32,000 bases of DNA, taken from assembly GCF_000812185.1 (NCBI RefSeq), contig NZ_CP007026.1, positions 234,426 through 266,425 on the forward strand. The letters are read 5' to 3'. This DNA is from Candidatus Nitrosopelagicus brevis (GTDB taxonomy: Archaea > Thermoproteota > Nitrososphaeria > Nitrososphaerales > Nitrosopumilaceae). The notes below the pieces were generated by a model, which made no database searches, was not told the DNA's origin, and saw only the letters and a list, made by a program, of their open reading frames with translations. Below are positions 25,373 through 32,000 of this stretch, piece by piece (the first letter of the stretch is position 1; the number at the start of each line of letters is the position of its first letter). Both the position numbers and the translations under genes were made by a program.

Positions 25373-26236
25373 TTGGCACAAGAATATAGACAAATTGCAA
25401 TATCGGAGCCAAAACCATTTGTAAAATGGGTTGGAGGAAAAAGGCAACTCATGCAAGAATTGGAAAATAATTTTCCAAAACAATTTGGAACATATCATGA
25501 GCCATTCTTAGGTGGAGGTGCTGTAATGTTCAATTTGTTATCAAAAGAACCAAAATTGTCATGCAATGTATCTGATTTTAACTCTGATTTGATATTGGCA
25601 TATATTACAATTCGTGATAAACTTGGAAAACTCATAGAATCTTTAGAAAACCACTCAAAGAATTACCACGATGATTCTACAGAATACTATTATGAAGTAA
25701 GAAAACAAGAGCCAAAACTACAGATTGAAAAAGTATCTAGATTAATTTTCCTCAACAGGACCTGTTTTAATGGATTATACCGTGTAAACAAAAAAGGTCA
25801 ATTCAACGTACCTCTTGGCAGATACACAAATCCAAATATTGTAAATAAAGAAAATCTAACTTCTGTTAGTAAAATTCTACAATCTGAAAAAATCAAAATT
25901 TCATGCAGAGGTTTTGAGGCAGTTTTAGACGATACCAAAAAGGGTGATTTGATATATTTTGATCCTCCATATCAGCCAATTAGCAGTACTGCAAATTTTA
26001 CTAGCTACACTCATAGAGATTTCACTGAAGATGACCTTGAGAGATTAGCCACTTTGGCAAATCAACTCAATTCCAAAGGCTGTCATGTATTACTCTCAAA
26101 TTCAAATTCCAAAGTTGTTAAGGATATTTTTTCGGAAAAGCATTGGAAAATTTCTTCAATAAATGCAAATCGAGCAATCAACTCTAATGCTCAAAAGAGA
26201 ACTGGACACAAAGAAATCATAATAAAAAATTATTAA
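25373..26236 (+). CDS. Dam-type (D12 class) N6-adenine DNA methyltransferase
   Basis: 287 aa. KPFVKWVGGKRQL, the AdoMet motif EPFLGGGAV, NRTCFNGLYRVN and catalytic IYFDPPY. It needs the TTG start at 25373, because the conserved N-terminal motif precedes the first in-frame ATG. Confidence 0.85.
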   Translation: MAQEYRQIAISEPKPFVKWVGGKRQLMQELENNFPKQFGTYHEPFLGGGAVMFNLLSKEPKLSCNVSDFNSDLILAYITIRDKLGKLIESLENHSKNYHDDSTEYYYEVRKQEPKLQIEKVSRLIFLNRTCFNGLYRVNKKGQFNVPLGRYTNPNIVNKENLTSVSKILQSEKIKISCRGFEAVLDDTKKGDLIYFDPPYQPISSTANFTSYTHRDFTEDDLERLATLANQLNSKGCHVLLSNSNSKVVKDIFSEKHWKISSINANRAINSNAQKRTGHKEIIIKNY

Positions 26237-26310
26237 AGCTTCGAGCGGGATCTGAACCCACGACCTTTACATTACCAATGTAACGCTCTACCAGGCTGAG
26301 CTATCGAAGC
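26237..26310 (-). tRNA. tRNA-Thr (anticodon GGU)
   Basis: The reverse complement folds as a cloverleaf: GCTTCGA/TCGAAGC acceptor, GCTC/GAGC D stem, TTACA-TTGGTAA-TGTAA anticodon arm, GTGGG-TTCAGAT-CCCGC T arm. Confidence 0.9.
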
Positions 26311-26404
26311 ATAAATTTTTCAATATCTAGAATCCTTATAATTCTTCATTACTTTTTTCTCAACATCAACTGTTAAATTTCTCGCAAATTGTTGTTTTTC
26401 TAGT

Positions 26405-26525
26405 GGAGGGGTAGTCAAGCCTGGCCAAAGAAAGCATCATGCTTTTGGACACGCGGGACTTAAGATCATAATAATGGGTGATCCCGTCTCTCAGGAGTTC
26501 GAGGGTTCGAATCCCTCCCCCTCCA
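26405..26525 (+). tRNA. tRNA-Leu (anticodon UAA) with intervening sequence(s)
   Basis: GGAGGGG/CCCCTCC acceptor, AAGCCTGGCCAAAG class-II D loop, CGGGA-CTTAAGA anticodon stem/loop with TAA at 26461-26463, long variable arm TCTCTCAGGAGTTC, GAGGG-TTCGAAT-CCCTC T arm. At 121 nt it is roughly 35 nt longer than a mature tRNA-Leu. Confidence 0.8.
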
Positions 26526-26527
26526 CT

Positions 26528-26947
26528 TTATCTATGATTTCGGAGACCTTTGGAATTTAATTTCTCATAAATTTCTGGTATTGACCAGACATAACCAATA
26601 CAGTGACAATCTTTTGCCTCACATAATTGACAATATAGCTCTCCTCTCTGGAAAACAACTTCTGCAATTCTGTTTTGAATATTATTCTTCAAGATGACTC
26701 TGTCATCCTCAATTGACATTAATTCTAATTTTGGAGCATATTTTGCAAATGTCTTATCTTTTAACATTGAATCTTCTAACATGTATGTGATATAGCCGGC
26801 GAAACTATTCACGCCTTTCATTGTTAGTTTTTCTTTATTTTTTTCGTAAACATCATAGAACTTTTCATAAACTTGTTCTGAAATTGTAATTGATTTGAAT
26901 CCTGGTTTTGGCATTTTACCTTCTCTTACCGTACTTTCAAGTACCAT
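26528..26947 (-). CDS. Putative ribbon-helix-helix DNA-binding protein with a C-terminal Cys cluster
   Basis: 139 aa. PGFKSITISEQVYEKFYDVYEKNKE resembles a CopG/Arc-type RHH N-terminus. The true start may be the internal MPKPGF at about 26914. The C-terminus carries CQLCEAKDCHC. Confidence 0.5.
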   Translation of the reverse strand: MVLESTVREGKMPKPGFKSITISEQVYEKFYDVYEKNKEKLTMKGVNSFAGYITYMLEDSMLKDKTFAKYAPKLELMSIEDDRVILKNNIQNRIAEVVFQRGELYCQLCEAKDCHCIGYVWSIPEIYEKLNSKGLRNHR

Positions 26948-27042
26948 GTATATAATGTTTTTTCAGTGAAATTTGTTACCTTATGAGTAAATCATTTTCA
27001 ATTATAATTAGACTTTATACCATAGATGTCTAATATTTTCAT

Positions 27043-27933
27043 ATGGCTCGTGGTTATGATGAAACTGAAGTAAAATTTCGTTTGATCAAATTACTTCATT
27101 CATCAAAATCTGGAATATCAGGAGTTGAGATTTCTGAAAAACTAGGAATCAATCGTGTAACCATGTCGAAATATCTGAATAAATTTGCAGCAGAGGGTAC
27201 CATAACACAGAAAAATATTGGAAATCTGAACTTGTGGTTTGTCGATGAGGATATTGAACAATTAAACTTCCCCGATGATTATTTTCTTGTTCAAGAAAAA
27301 TTTCTTTCGCATGTGATTGATTGCAACGAACGACACGTTAACAATTTGATAAAAAACTGCATTAACTCTAAAGCAAAAATGGACAAAATCATTACTGAGA
27401 TAATCATCCCAACAATACCTCATATCCAAAAATTATTTGATGATGGAAAAATTGGAAAATCTGAAGAACAGTTGATGACTGGAATAATATCCAATTCCCT
27501 TCAAATGATTACCTACCACTCTGGTCACTCTGATTCTGGAAAAAATATCATAATATTGTCTGCTGATTCTGAGTCTATATTATCGTCTGAATCTGCAGCC
27601 GCTGCATTTCGTTCTCAAAATTGGAATGTATTTTCAATTGGTGATATTTCCTCATCAATTGATGTTTTGTTTGATCTTGAACTTAGAAAATTACTCTCAA
27701 AAACCTGGAAATCAAAAGAAGGTGTTATGATAGTTCTTGTATTTTCCCAAACTGAAGAAGGATTGAAGTTTATCTCTGATTCATTTTATTCTGTAAAAGA
27801 AAAGTCTGAGAATAATCTCTTCATTGTATTGTCTGGAAAAACTGGAAAAAAAGTCAAAATTAAAGGCGATTTATCAGTCTCTAAACTTGAAGACATTCTT
27901 CAATGGTCTAATACAAAATACGAAAATTCATAG
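27043..27933 (+). CDS. Winged-helix transcription regulator with a C-terminal B12-binding-like (cap plus Rossmann) module
   Basis: 296 aa. N-terminal wHTH (SGISGVEISEKLGINRVTMSKYLNKFAAEGTI). The middle region IIIPTIPHIQKLFDDGKIGKSEEQLMTGIISNSL resembles the B12-binding_2 cap. GKNIIILSADSESILSSESAAAAFRSQNWNVFSIGD resembles the B12-binding Rossmann start but lacks the His ligand. Confidence 0.55.
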   Translation: MARGYDETEVKFRLIKLLHSSKSGISGVEISEKLGINRVTMSKYLNKFAAEGTITQKNIGNLNLWFVDEDIEQLNFPDDYFLVQEKFLSHVIDCNERHVNNLIKNCINSKAKMDKIITEIIIPTIPHIQKLFDDGKIGKSEEQLMTGIISNSLQMITYHSGHSDSGKNIIILSADSESILSSESAAAAFRSQNWNVFSIGDISSSIDVLFDLELRKLLSKTWKSKEGVMIVLVFSQTEEGLKFISDSFYSVKEKSENNLFIVLSGKTGKKVKIKGDLSVSKLEDILQWSNTKYENS

Positions 27934-27941
27934 AAAATTAA

Positions 27942-28016
27942 TGGGCCCGATGAGATTCGAACTCATGGCCTTTCGATTATCAGTCGAACGCTCTAGCCAA
28001 GCTGAGCTACGAGCCC
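27942..28016 (-). tRNA. tRNA-Ile (anticodon GAU)
   Basis: The reverse complement is GGGCTCG TA GCTC AGCTTGGCTA GAGC G TTCGA CTGATAA TCGAA AGGCC ATGAG TTCGAAT CTCAT CGGGCCC A, a clean cloverleaf. Confidence 0.9.
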
Positions 28017-28042
28017 TCGAAAATTTTCGAGGATTTGGTCAT

Positions 28043-28657
28043 TTAAGTTTGCTGTTCTTTCCACTTAATTGAGCATCCAATTGAAGGGTCAAAATCTTTT
28101 TCAATTTTCTGCCCTTCTAAGAATTTTTGAATATTGTTTATCATCACTTTCTCACTTACTTCTGCTTCTGGATTCATTGCATCATCTATTCTTCCATGAA
28201 AAATTAATTTTTTTTCTGAATCAAATAGGAATGGATCTGGTGTACAAACAGCCCCATATTTTTTTGCAATTTCTTGAGTTTCATCAACCAAATAATCGAT
28301 TTCTAGACCTTTCTCTTTGGCAACAGCCTTCATGCTATCAAAATCATCATCTGGATATTTTACAGAGTCATTGCTGTTGATACCTACTATTGAAATGTCA
28401 TCTTTGAATTTATCATGAAGTTCTTTAATTGCCTCTATCTTTGCCTTTACAAATGGACAGTGATTGCACATGAAAATTACCAATAAGCCTTTTTTTGAAT
28501 AATCATTTAGAGAGTGCATCTGATCATCAATGCCTTTTAGATTAAATTCTGGTGCATTATCTCCAGTTTTTAATGAGATAACTGATTCCATTTTTGCCAT
28601 AAAAAAATCAATTTCTATAACAAATAAAAGGATTACAGATATTCCAAAAGACAACAA
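28043..28657 (-). CDS. Thioredoxin-fold redoxin (AhpC/TSA-like thiol-disulfide oxidoreductase)
   Basis: 204 aa. GDNAPEFNL, LLVIFMCNHCPFVKA (CxxC) and a thioredoxin-like layout. The real start may be the MAKM at 28600 rather than 28657. Confidence 0.8.
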   Translation of the reverse strand: MLSFGISVILLFVIEIDFFMAKMESVISLKTGDNAPEFNLKGIDDQMHSLNDYSKKGLLVIFMCNHCPFVKAKIEAIKELHDKFKDDISIVGINSNDSVKYPDDDFDSMKAVAKEKGLEIDYLVDETQEIAKKYGAVCTPDPFLFDSEKKLIFHGRIDDAMNPEAEVSEKVMINNIQKFLEGQKIEKDFDPSIGCSIKWKEQQT

Positions 28658-28688
28658 TTAAACTCTCATAATTATTCAAGCAGTTATT

Positions 28689-28765
28689 GGGCTTGTAGTT
28701 TAGACTGGTAGAATACTCGCCTTGCACGCGAGGGGTCAGGGGTTCAAATCCCCTCGAGTCCACCA
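28689..28765 (+). tRNA. tRNA-Ala (anticodon UGC), CCA encoded
   Basis: GGGCTTG acceptor with the G3:U70 Ala identity pair, CTCGC-CTTGCAC-GCGAG anticodon arm, AGGGG-TTCAAAT-CCCCT T arm, terminal ACCA. Confidence 0.92.
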
Positions 28766-28840
28766 TTTTTTATTAACCGATCATGTTCGATATTCGAAAA
28801 TGAAGGTGGATTTAAATATCATTGATATGGGAAAATTACT

Positions 28841-28948
28841 ATGGCAGGTTATGAAGCCTCAATAGCAGTTTGGATTCCACTAATTGTTGGTTTAGCACCG
28901 GGACTAGTTTACTGGTTCGCAATTACTGGAATGCGAAAAAGAAGATAA
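28841..28948 (+). CDS. Possible 35-aa single-TM mini-protein
   Basis: Hand translation gives MAGYEASIAVWIPLIVGLAPGLVYWFAITGMRKRR, a hydrophobic helix with a basic tail. It sits in an otherwise empty spacer between tRNA-Ala and the PPAT gene. Confidence 0.3.
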   Translation: MAGYEASIAVWIPLIVGLAPGLVYWFAITGMRKRR

Positions 28949-29064
28949 TCTTCTATCAAACTCTTTTACTTATTTTATTTTTCTCTAATTCAATATTATT
29001 AGATATTTCATGTTCATCTGTAAAATCCGAGAGTTTATGTTAAACAATACCATCCCTATACGTG

Positions 29065-29529
29065 ATGTTTAGATTAACTGCACTAGGTGGTACGTTTGAT
29101 ATAATCCATGTCGGTCATGTCGGATTAATTGAAAAAGCGGTATCTATTTCTGAAAAAATAATAATTGGTTTAACATCTGATGAGTTTATCTCAAAACATG
29201 GAAAAAAAATAAACAATAATTTCGAACAGCGATTTGAGAATTTGGAAAAAATGATTCATGAAAATTTTCCTAATTGCTCATTTGAAATAGCAAAATTAGA
29301 TGATGATTTTGGGCCTGCAGTAATTGAGGGGAATGTTGATGCATTGGTGGTTAGCGAAGAAACACGCAAAAAAGGTGATATTTTGAATGCCTCCCGTAAA
29401 GAACGTAATTTGACTCCTGTTGAAATCATCACCATTCCTATGAAATTAGCATCTGATGGTAAACGAATTTCATCTACACGAATACGAAATTCCGAAATTG
29501 ATAGTTCAGGAAATATCTTAGTTGACTAA
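29065..29529 (+). CDS. Archaeal phosphopantetheine adenylyltransferase (cytidylyltransferase family)
   Basis: GGTFDIIHVGHVGLI nucleotidyltransferase motif, about 154 aa, C-terminal ISSTRIR. ATG at 29065; the ORF track starts at the GTG at 29062. Confidence 0.8.
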   Translation: MFRLTALGGTFDIIHVGHVGLIEKAVSISEKIIIGLTSDEFISKHGKKINNNFEQRFENLEKMIHENFPNCSFEIAKLDDDFGPAVIEGNVDALVVSEETRKKGDILNASRKERNLTPVEIITIPMKLASDGKRISSTRIRNSEIDSSGNILVD

Positions 29530-29584
29530 TCACTGTTCATAAATTGAGTAATCCCGATAAAACAAAAAATTCCAATATTTGGCA

Positions 29585-29914
29585 ATGTCAATAATTCATC
29601 CATTATTACAAAAATTACAAAATGACGTTCAAGAACTACAAAAAGGACTACAACCAGACCATTTATCTTTCTGGTACCAAAAAATCATTTCTGACACAAA
29701 AGAGATGGCTCCTCCTTGGCTTCAAGATAAAATCAATGTAAAACAAGATCCAATTTTACCAATGAAGTTTAATCTTGATATTTCAAAAAGAGCAGTTCGA
29801 TACTTTATCATTGCAGTTGAAAATAATTTGTCACAAATGCCTTATTCTACTCAACTATATTTTTTGAAGGTTCAAGAAATACTGGGTTTTGAAATGGATA
29901 AATCATTAGTTTAG
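29585..29914 (+). CDS. Hypothetical protein
   Basis: 109 aa from the ATG at 29585; the track uses the TTG at 29579. I recognised no motifs. It is convergent with the next gene and overlaps it by 9 nt. Confidence 0.45.
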   Translation: MSIIHPLLQKLQNDVQELQKGLQPDHLSFWYQKIISDTKEMAPPWLQDKINVKQDPILPMKFNLDISKRAVRYFIIAVENNLSQMPYSTQLYFLKVQEILGFEMDKSLV

Positions 29915-30199
29915 TTCTTCTTTAAAAATTTCAACCAGTCCTTCATTTGTTGAAGTACCAATTATTTTTGCTTTCTTTTCAATAATTGATTGCATGAAAT
30001 CTGTAAATTTAGTCACCTGTTCTTTATCTTTTAACACTATGCTATGTACAGATTTGTCTTTTATAGAAATTACAATTTCAGTTTCAAAAACATCAATTAT
30101 TTCAGTAATGAAGGTTTCATTTCCTTCTTTTACAAAAATTAAACTAGCTAACTTTTGTGCTTCATACTTGTCATCAGTGACAATCTCAACTTTATTCAT
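29906..30199 (-). CDS. Hypothetical small protein co-oriented with trpS
   Basis: 97 aa. Its start overlaps the trpS stop by 8 nt, which suggests co-transcription and coupling. No recognised motifs. Confidence 0.5.
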   Translation of the reverse strand: MNKVEIVTDDKYEAQKLASLIFVKEGNETFITEIIDVFETEIVISIKDKSVHSIVLKDKEQVTKFTDFMQSIIEKKAKIIGTSTNEGLVEIFKEELN

Positions 30200-31304
30200 C
30201 TGATAGTAAGAATTTTGATAAATTCTTTTTTGCCTCTTCCCGCTTTTGTTGATGTATTTTCAAAAATGAATTAATCTTTTCAATTAAGATTGCTTTTAAT
30301 TCTCCAGTTAACATTTTGCCTGATTTGTAATCTTCATAAATTTTCTTTAATTTATCATCATCTTGTTCAAAAAATATTCTCAAGTATTGAAAAGAGACAT
30401 CAATGTCTGGGTTTCCTCCAAGTTCTCTGTGTTTTTCAATATCAACCTGTCCACCTGAAAATCCATATTTGTTAATCTTCTTTTTTACCACTTGTGGAGA
30501 ATCTGTCGTGTAAATGGTTGATTTTTCATCAGAAGCAGACATTTTTCCACCAGGTCCTGTCAATGCTGGAATCATGATGTTGTGTATCAATGCTGGTTTT
30601 GGTTTGTTTATTTTTGGCGCAACATCACGTGTAATTCTGAAATGAGGATCTTGGTCTACTCCGAGTGGAATTAACACTGGTAAGTCTTCAATGAAACATG
30701 GTGCTGATTGTAAAGATGTATAGAAAATCATTCCAACATTCGTATCGTTTGTAAAACCAAACACAGCTTTTGTATTTGAGAAATTAATTTTTTTTGCAAC
30801 TTGAGCTGCAATAGGGTACAGTCTCCTTATATTTCGAGTATTGATTATAATTTTTGTTTTTTCCGGATTGAATCCAAGTGCAATAAAGTCAAGCGCATTT
30901 TCTAACGCAAATTTACTTGTGTCTTCAAGCGTCAGGTCAGATTTTGTATAAAATTTTTCATCATCTGTTAACTGAAAATAGATATTCACATCAAATTTTT
31001 CTTGTAACCATTTTGCAAAAACCCATGGAACTAAGTGACCTATGTGTGTATTACCTGAAGGACCTCGTCCTGTATACAAGAAGAATTTCTTACCTTTTTC
31101 AAAATTATCTAAAATTACATTTAGATCTCTATGAGAAAAGAAAATTCCTCTTCTTAACATGAAATGATCTTCTCCTGTGATTTTCTTTATTTTTGATAGA
31201 ATTTCAGGTGAAATCTTCTGAGTGCCAAATTGTTTGGTTAATTTGTCATAATCTATGTCGCCTTCAACATTCCATGGCGTTACGACAAATTCATCTGATG
31301 ACAT
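30192..31304 (-). CDS. trpS: Tryptophanyl-tRNA synthetase (archaeal/eukaryotic type)
   Basis: 370 aa. VTPWNVEGDIDYDKLTKQFG start, class I HIGH-like THIGH, and KMSAS. Confidence 0.93.
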   Translation of the reverse strand: MSSDEFVVTPWNVEGDIDYDKLTKQFGTQKISPEILSKIKKITGEDHFMLRRGIFFSHRDLNVILDNFEKGKKFFLYTGRGPSGNTHIGHLVPWVFAKWLQEKFDVNIYFQLTDDEKFYTKSDLTLEDTSKFALENALDFIALGFNPEKTKIIINTRNIRRLYPIAAQVAKKINFSNTKAVFGFTNDTNVGMIFYTSLQSAPCFIEDLPVLIPLGVDQDPHFRITRDVAPKINKPKPALIHNIMIPALTGPGGKMSASDEKSTIYTTDSPQVVKKKINKYGFSGGQVDIEKHRELGGNPDIDVSFQYLRIFFEQDDDKLKKIYEDYKSGKMLTGELKAILIEKINSFLKIHQQKREEAKKNLSKFLLSDE

Positions 31305-31355
31305 TCAAGTTTGACTTAGGTTAAGCTTTAAAAAGTCTTTTTGGGACGTTGTACT

Positions 31356-32000
31356 GTGTCACAAGTTTTTCATGATATAGAAAAAAAAATTTTAGAGACA
31401 TTACAAAAAACTCCTAATCAAAGTCCTGAACAATTATCAAAAAATACTGAACTTTCAATTGATCAAATCCGTAGAGGAATTGAATGGTTGCGCCTAAAGG
31501 ATCTAGCCTTAGTAAATGAATCAGAAAAAATAACTTTTTCATTAGGTCCTAACGGTCTTGATTCTTTCAAAAATGGATTACCTGAAAGAAAACTCATCAA
31601 TATGCTAAAAGAAGAACCAAAAACCTTTGAACAAATACGTTCTGTATTATCTGGCGCCGGATTCAACGTTGCAATAGCAAATGCTAAAAAAAATGGCTGG
31701 ATAAAAATCGAAAAAAATAATTCTGATTCATTAGTATCAATAAAAGAAAAACCAATAGAAACACCTGAAGAAAAACTTCTTTCATTCATAGGTGAAAAAA
31801 CTATCTCACAAGAGGAAATTACAAATCCTCTGGCAATGAAAATCCTACTCTCTAGACCAAATTACATTGTACAAAATTCAGAGAAATCAAAAATCATATC
31901 CTTAACTGATGCTGCACTTTCTCTTGACACAAGTATTTCCTCCAGTGGTGCAATTGATGTTGAAGCAGACGTGCCTTCCATATTTGCAGCTAGAACTCAT
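31356..32000 (+). CDS. pheS: Phenylalanyl-tRNA synthetase alpha subunit, N-terminal part; continues past the window end
   Basis: The frame is open from 31332 to the window end. A GTG at 31356 gives (M)SQVFHDIEKKILETLQ....IDQIRRGIEWLRLKDLA.... These are the winged-helix N-terminal repeats typical of archaeal PheRS alpha, ending DVEADVPSIFAARTH. The antisense track ORF 31463..31789 is spurious. Confidence 0.8.
   Translation, partial: MSQVFHDIEKKILETLQKTPNQSPEQLSKNTELSIDQIRRGIEWLRLKDLALVNESEKITFSLGPNGLDSFKNGLPERKLINMLKEEPKTFEQIRSVLSGAGFNVAIANAKKNGWIKIEKNNSDSLVSIKEKPIETPEEKLLSFIGEKTISQEEITNPLAMKILLSRPNYIVQNSEKSKIISLTDAALSLDTSISSSGAIDVEADVPSIFAARTH

Noticed and set aside
25373-26236. Dam methylase as part of a restriction-modification defence system
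   Set aside because: There is no candidate endonuclease ORF on either side: amoA lies upstream and a tRNA immediately downstream.
27824-28072. 82-aa plus-strand ORF
   Set aside because: It runs through the 3' end of the wHTH gene in another frame and across the antisense of tRNA-Ile, so it is spurious.
25373-28765. Integrated mobile element or genomic island at the tRNA cluster (Dam methylase, RHH and wHTH regulators, four tRNAs)
   Set aside because: I could find no integrase, transposase, capsid or replication genes and no obvious duplicated tRNA 3'-end (att) repeat. The region's composition looks like the rest of the window.
31463-31789. 108-aa minus-strand ORF
   Set aside because: It is antisense to the PheRS alpha N-terminal region. 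That frame is open to the window edge and has recognisable PheS features.

Overview
This is an AT-rich (roughly one-third GC by eye) chromosomal segment from an ammonia-oxidising archaeon. The AmoA, AmoB and AmoC proteins look Nitrosopumilus-like (Nitrososphaerota/Thaumarchaeota). The window is densely coded. It starts with rpoH-rpoB-rpoA, where rpoA is a single unsplit gene, followed by small housekeeping genes including a QueD-like one. Next come a secreted repeat protein and a run of tiny zinc-finger ORFs. A translationally coupled AAA+(MoxR/NorQ/CbbQ-like)-vWA-CWC trio follows, then a geranylgeranyl-reductase-family flavoprotein. A long minus-strand informational block carries S15, a RecJ/GAN-like DHH protein, Pcc1 and SerRS, then S3Ae and a DUF54-like gene. 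The ammonia monooxygenase locus has amoB on the minus strand and amoC-amoX-amoA on the plus strand, flanked by four small uncharacterised genes. After it come an orphan Dam-type methyltransferase and four tRNA genes, one of which (tRNA-Leu) carries insertions. Two putative regulators, a redoxin, archaeal PPAT, TrpRS and the 5' part of PheRS alpha complete the window. I saw no rRNA, CRISPR array, transposase or integrase. The best candidates for under-described biology are listed here. (1) Four small genes next to amoB, two of which are membrane proteins that probably correspond to the recently proposed extra AMO subunits AmoY/AmoZ. (2) The AAA+/vWA/Cys-rich-CWC operon, which may be a metal-centre maturation chaperone. 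(3) GATC-containing GC-rich boxes upstream of four AMO-linked genes, with a Dam methylase encoded right after amoA. (4) A winged-helix regulator with a degenerate B12-binding-like module. (5) Two unexplained structured intergenic elements: a tandem 40-nt hairpin repeat and a GC-rich K-turn-like hairpin. All functional calls come from reading the translated sequences and recognising motifs. No database searches were run.
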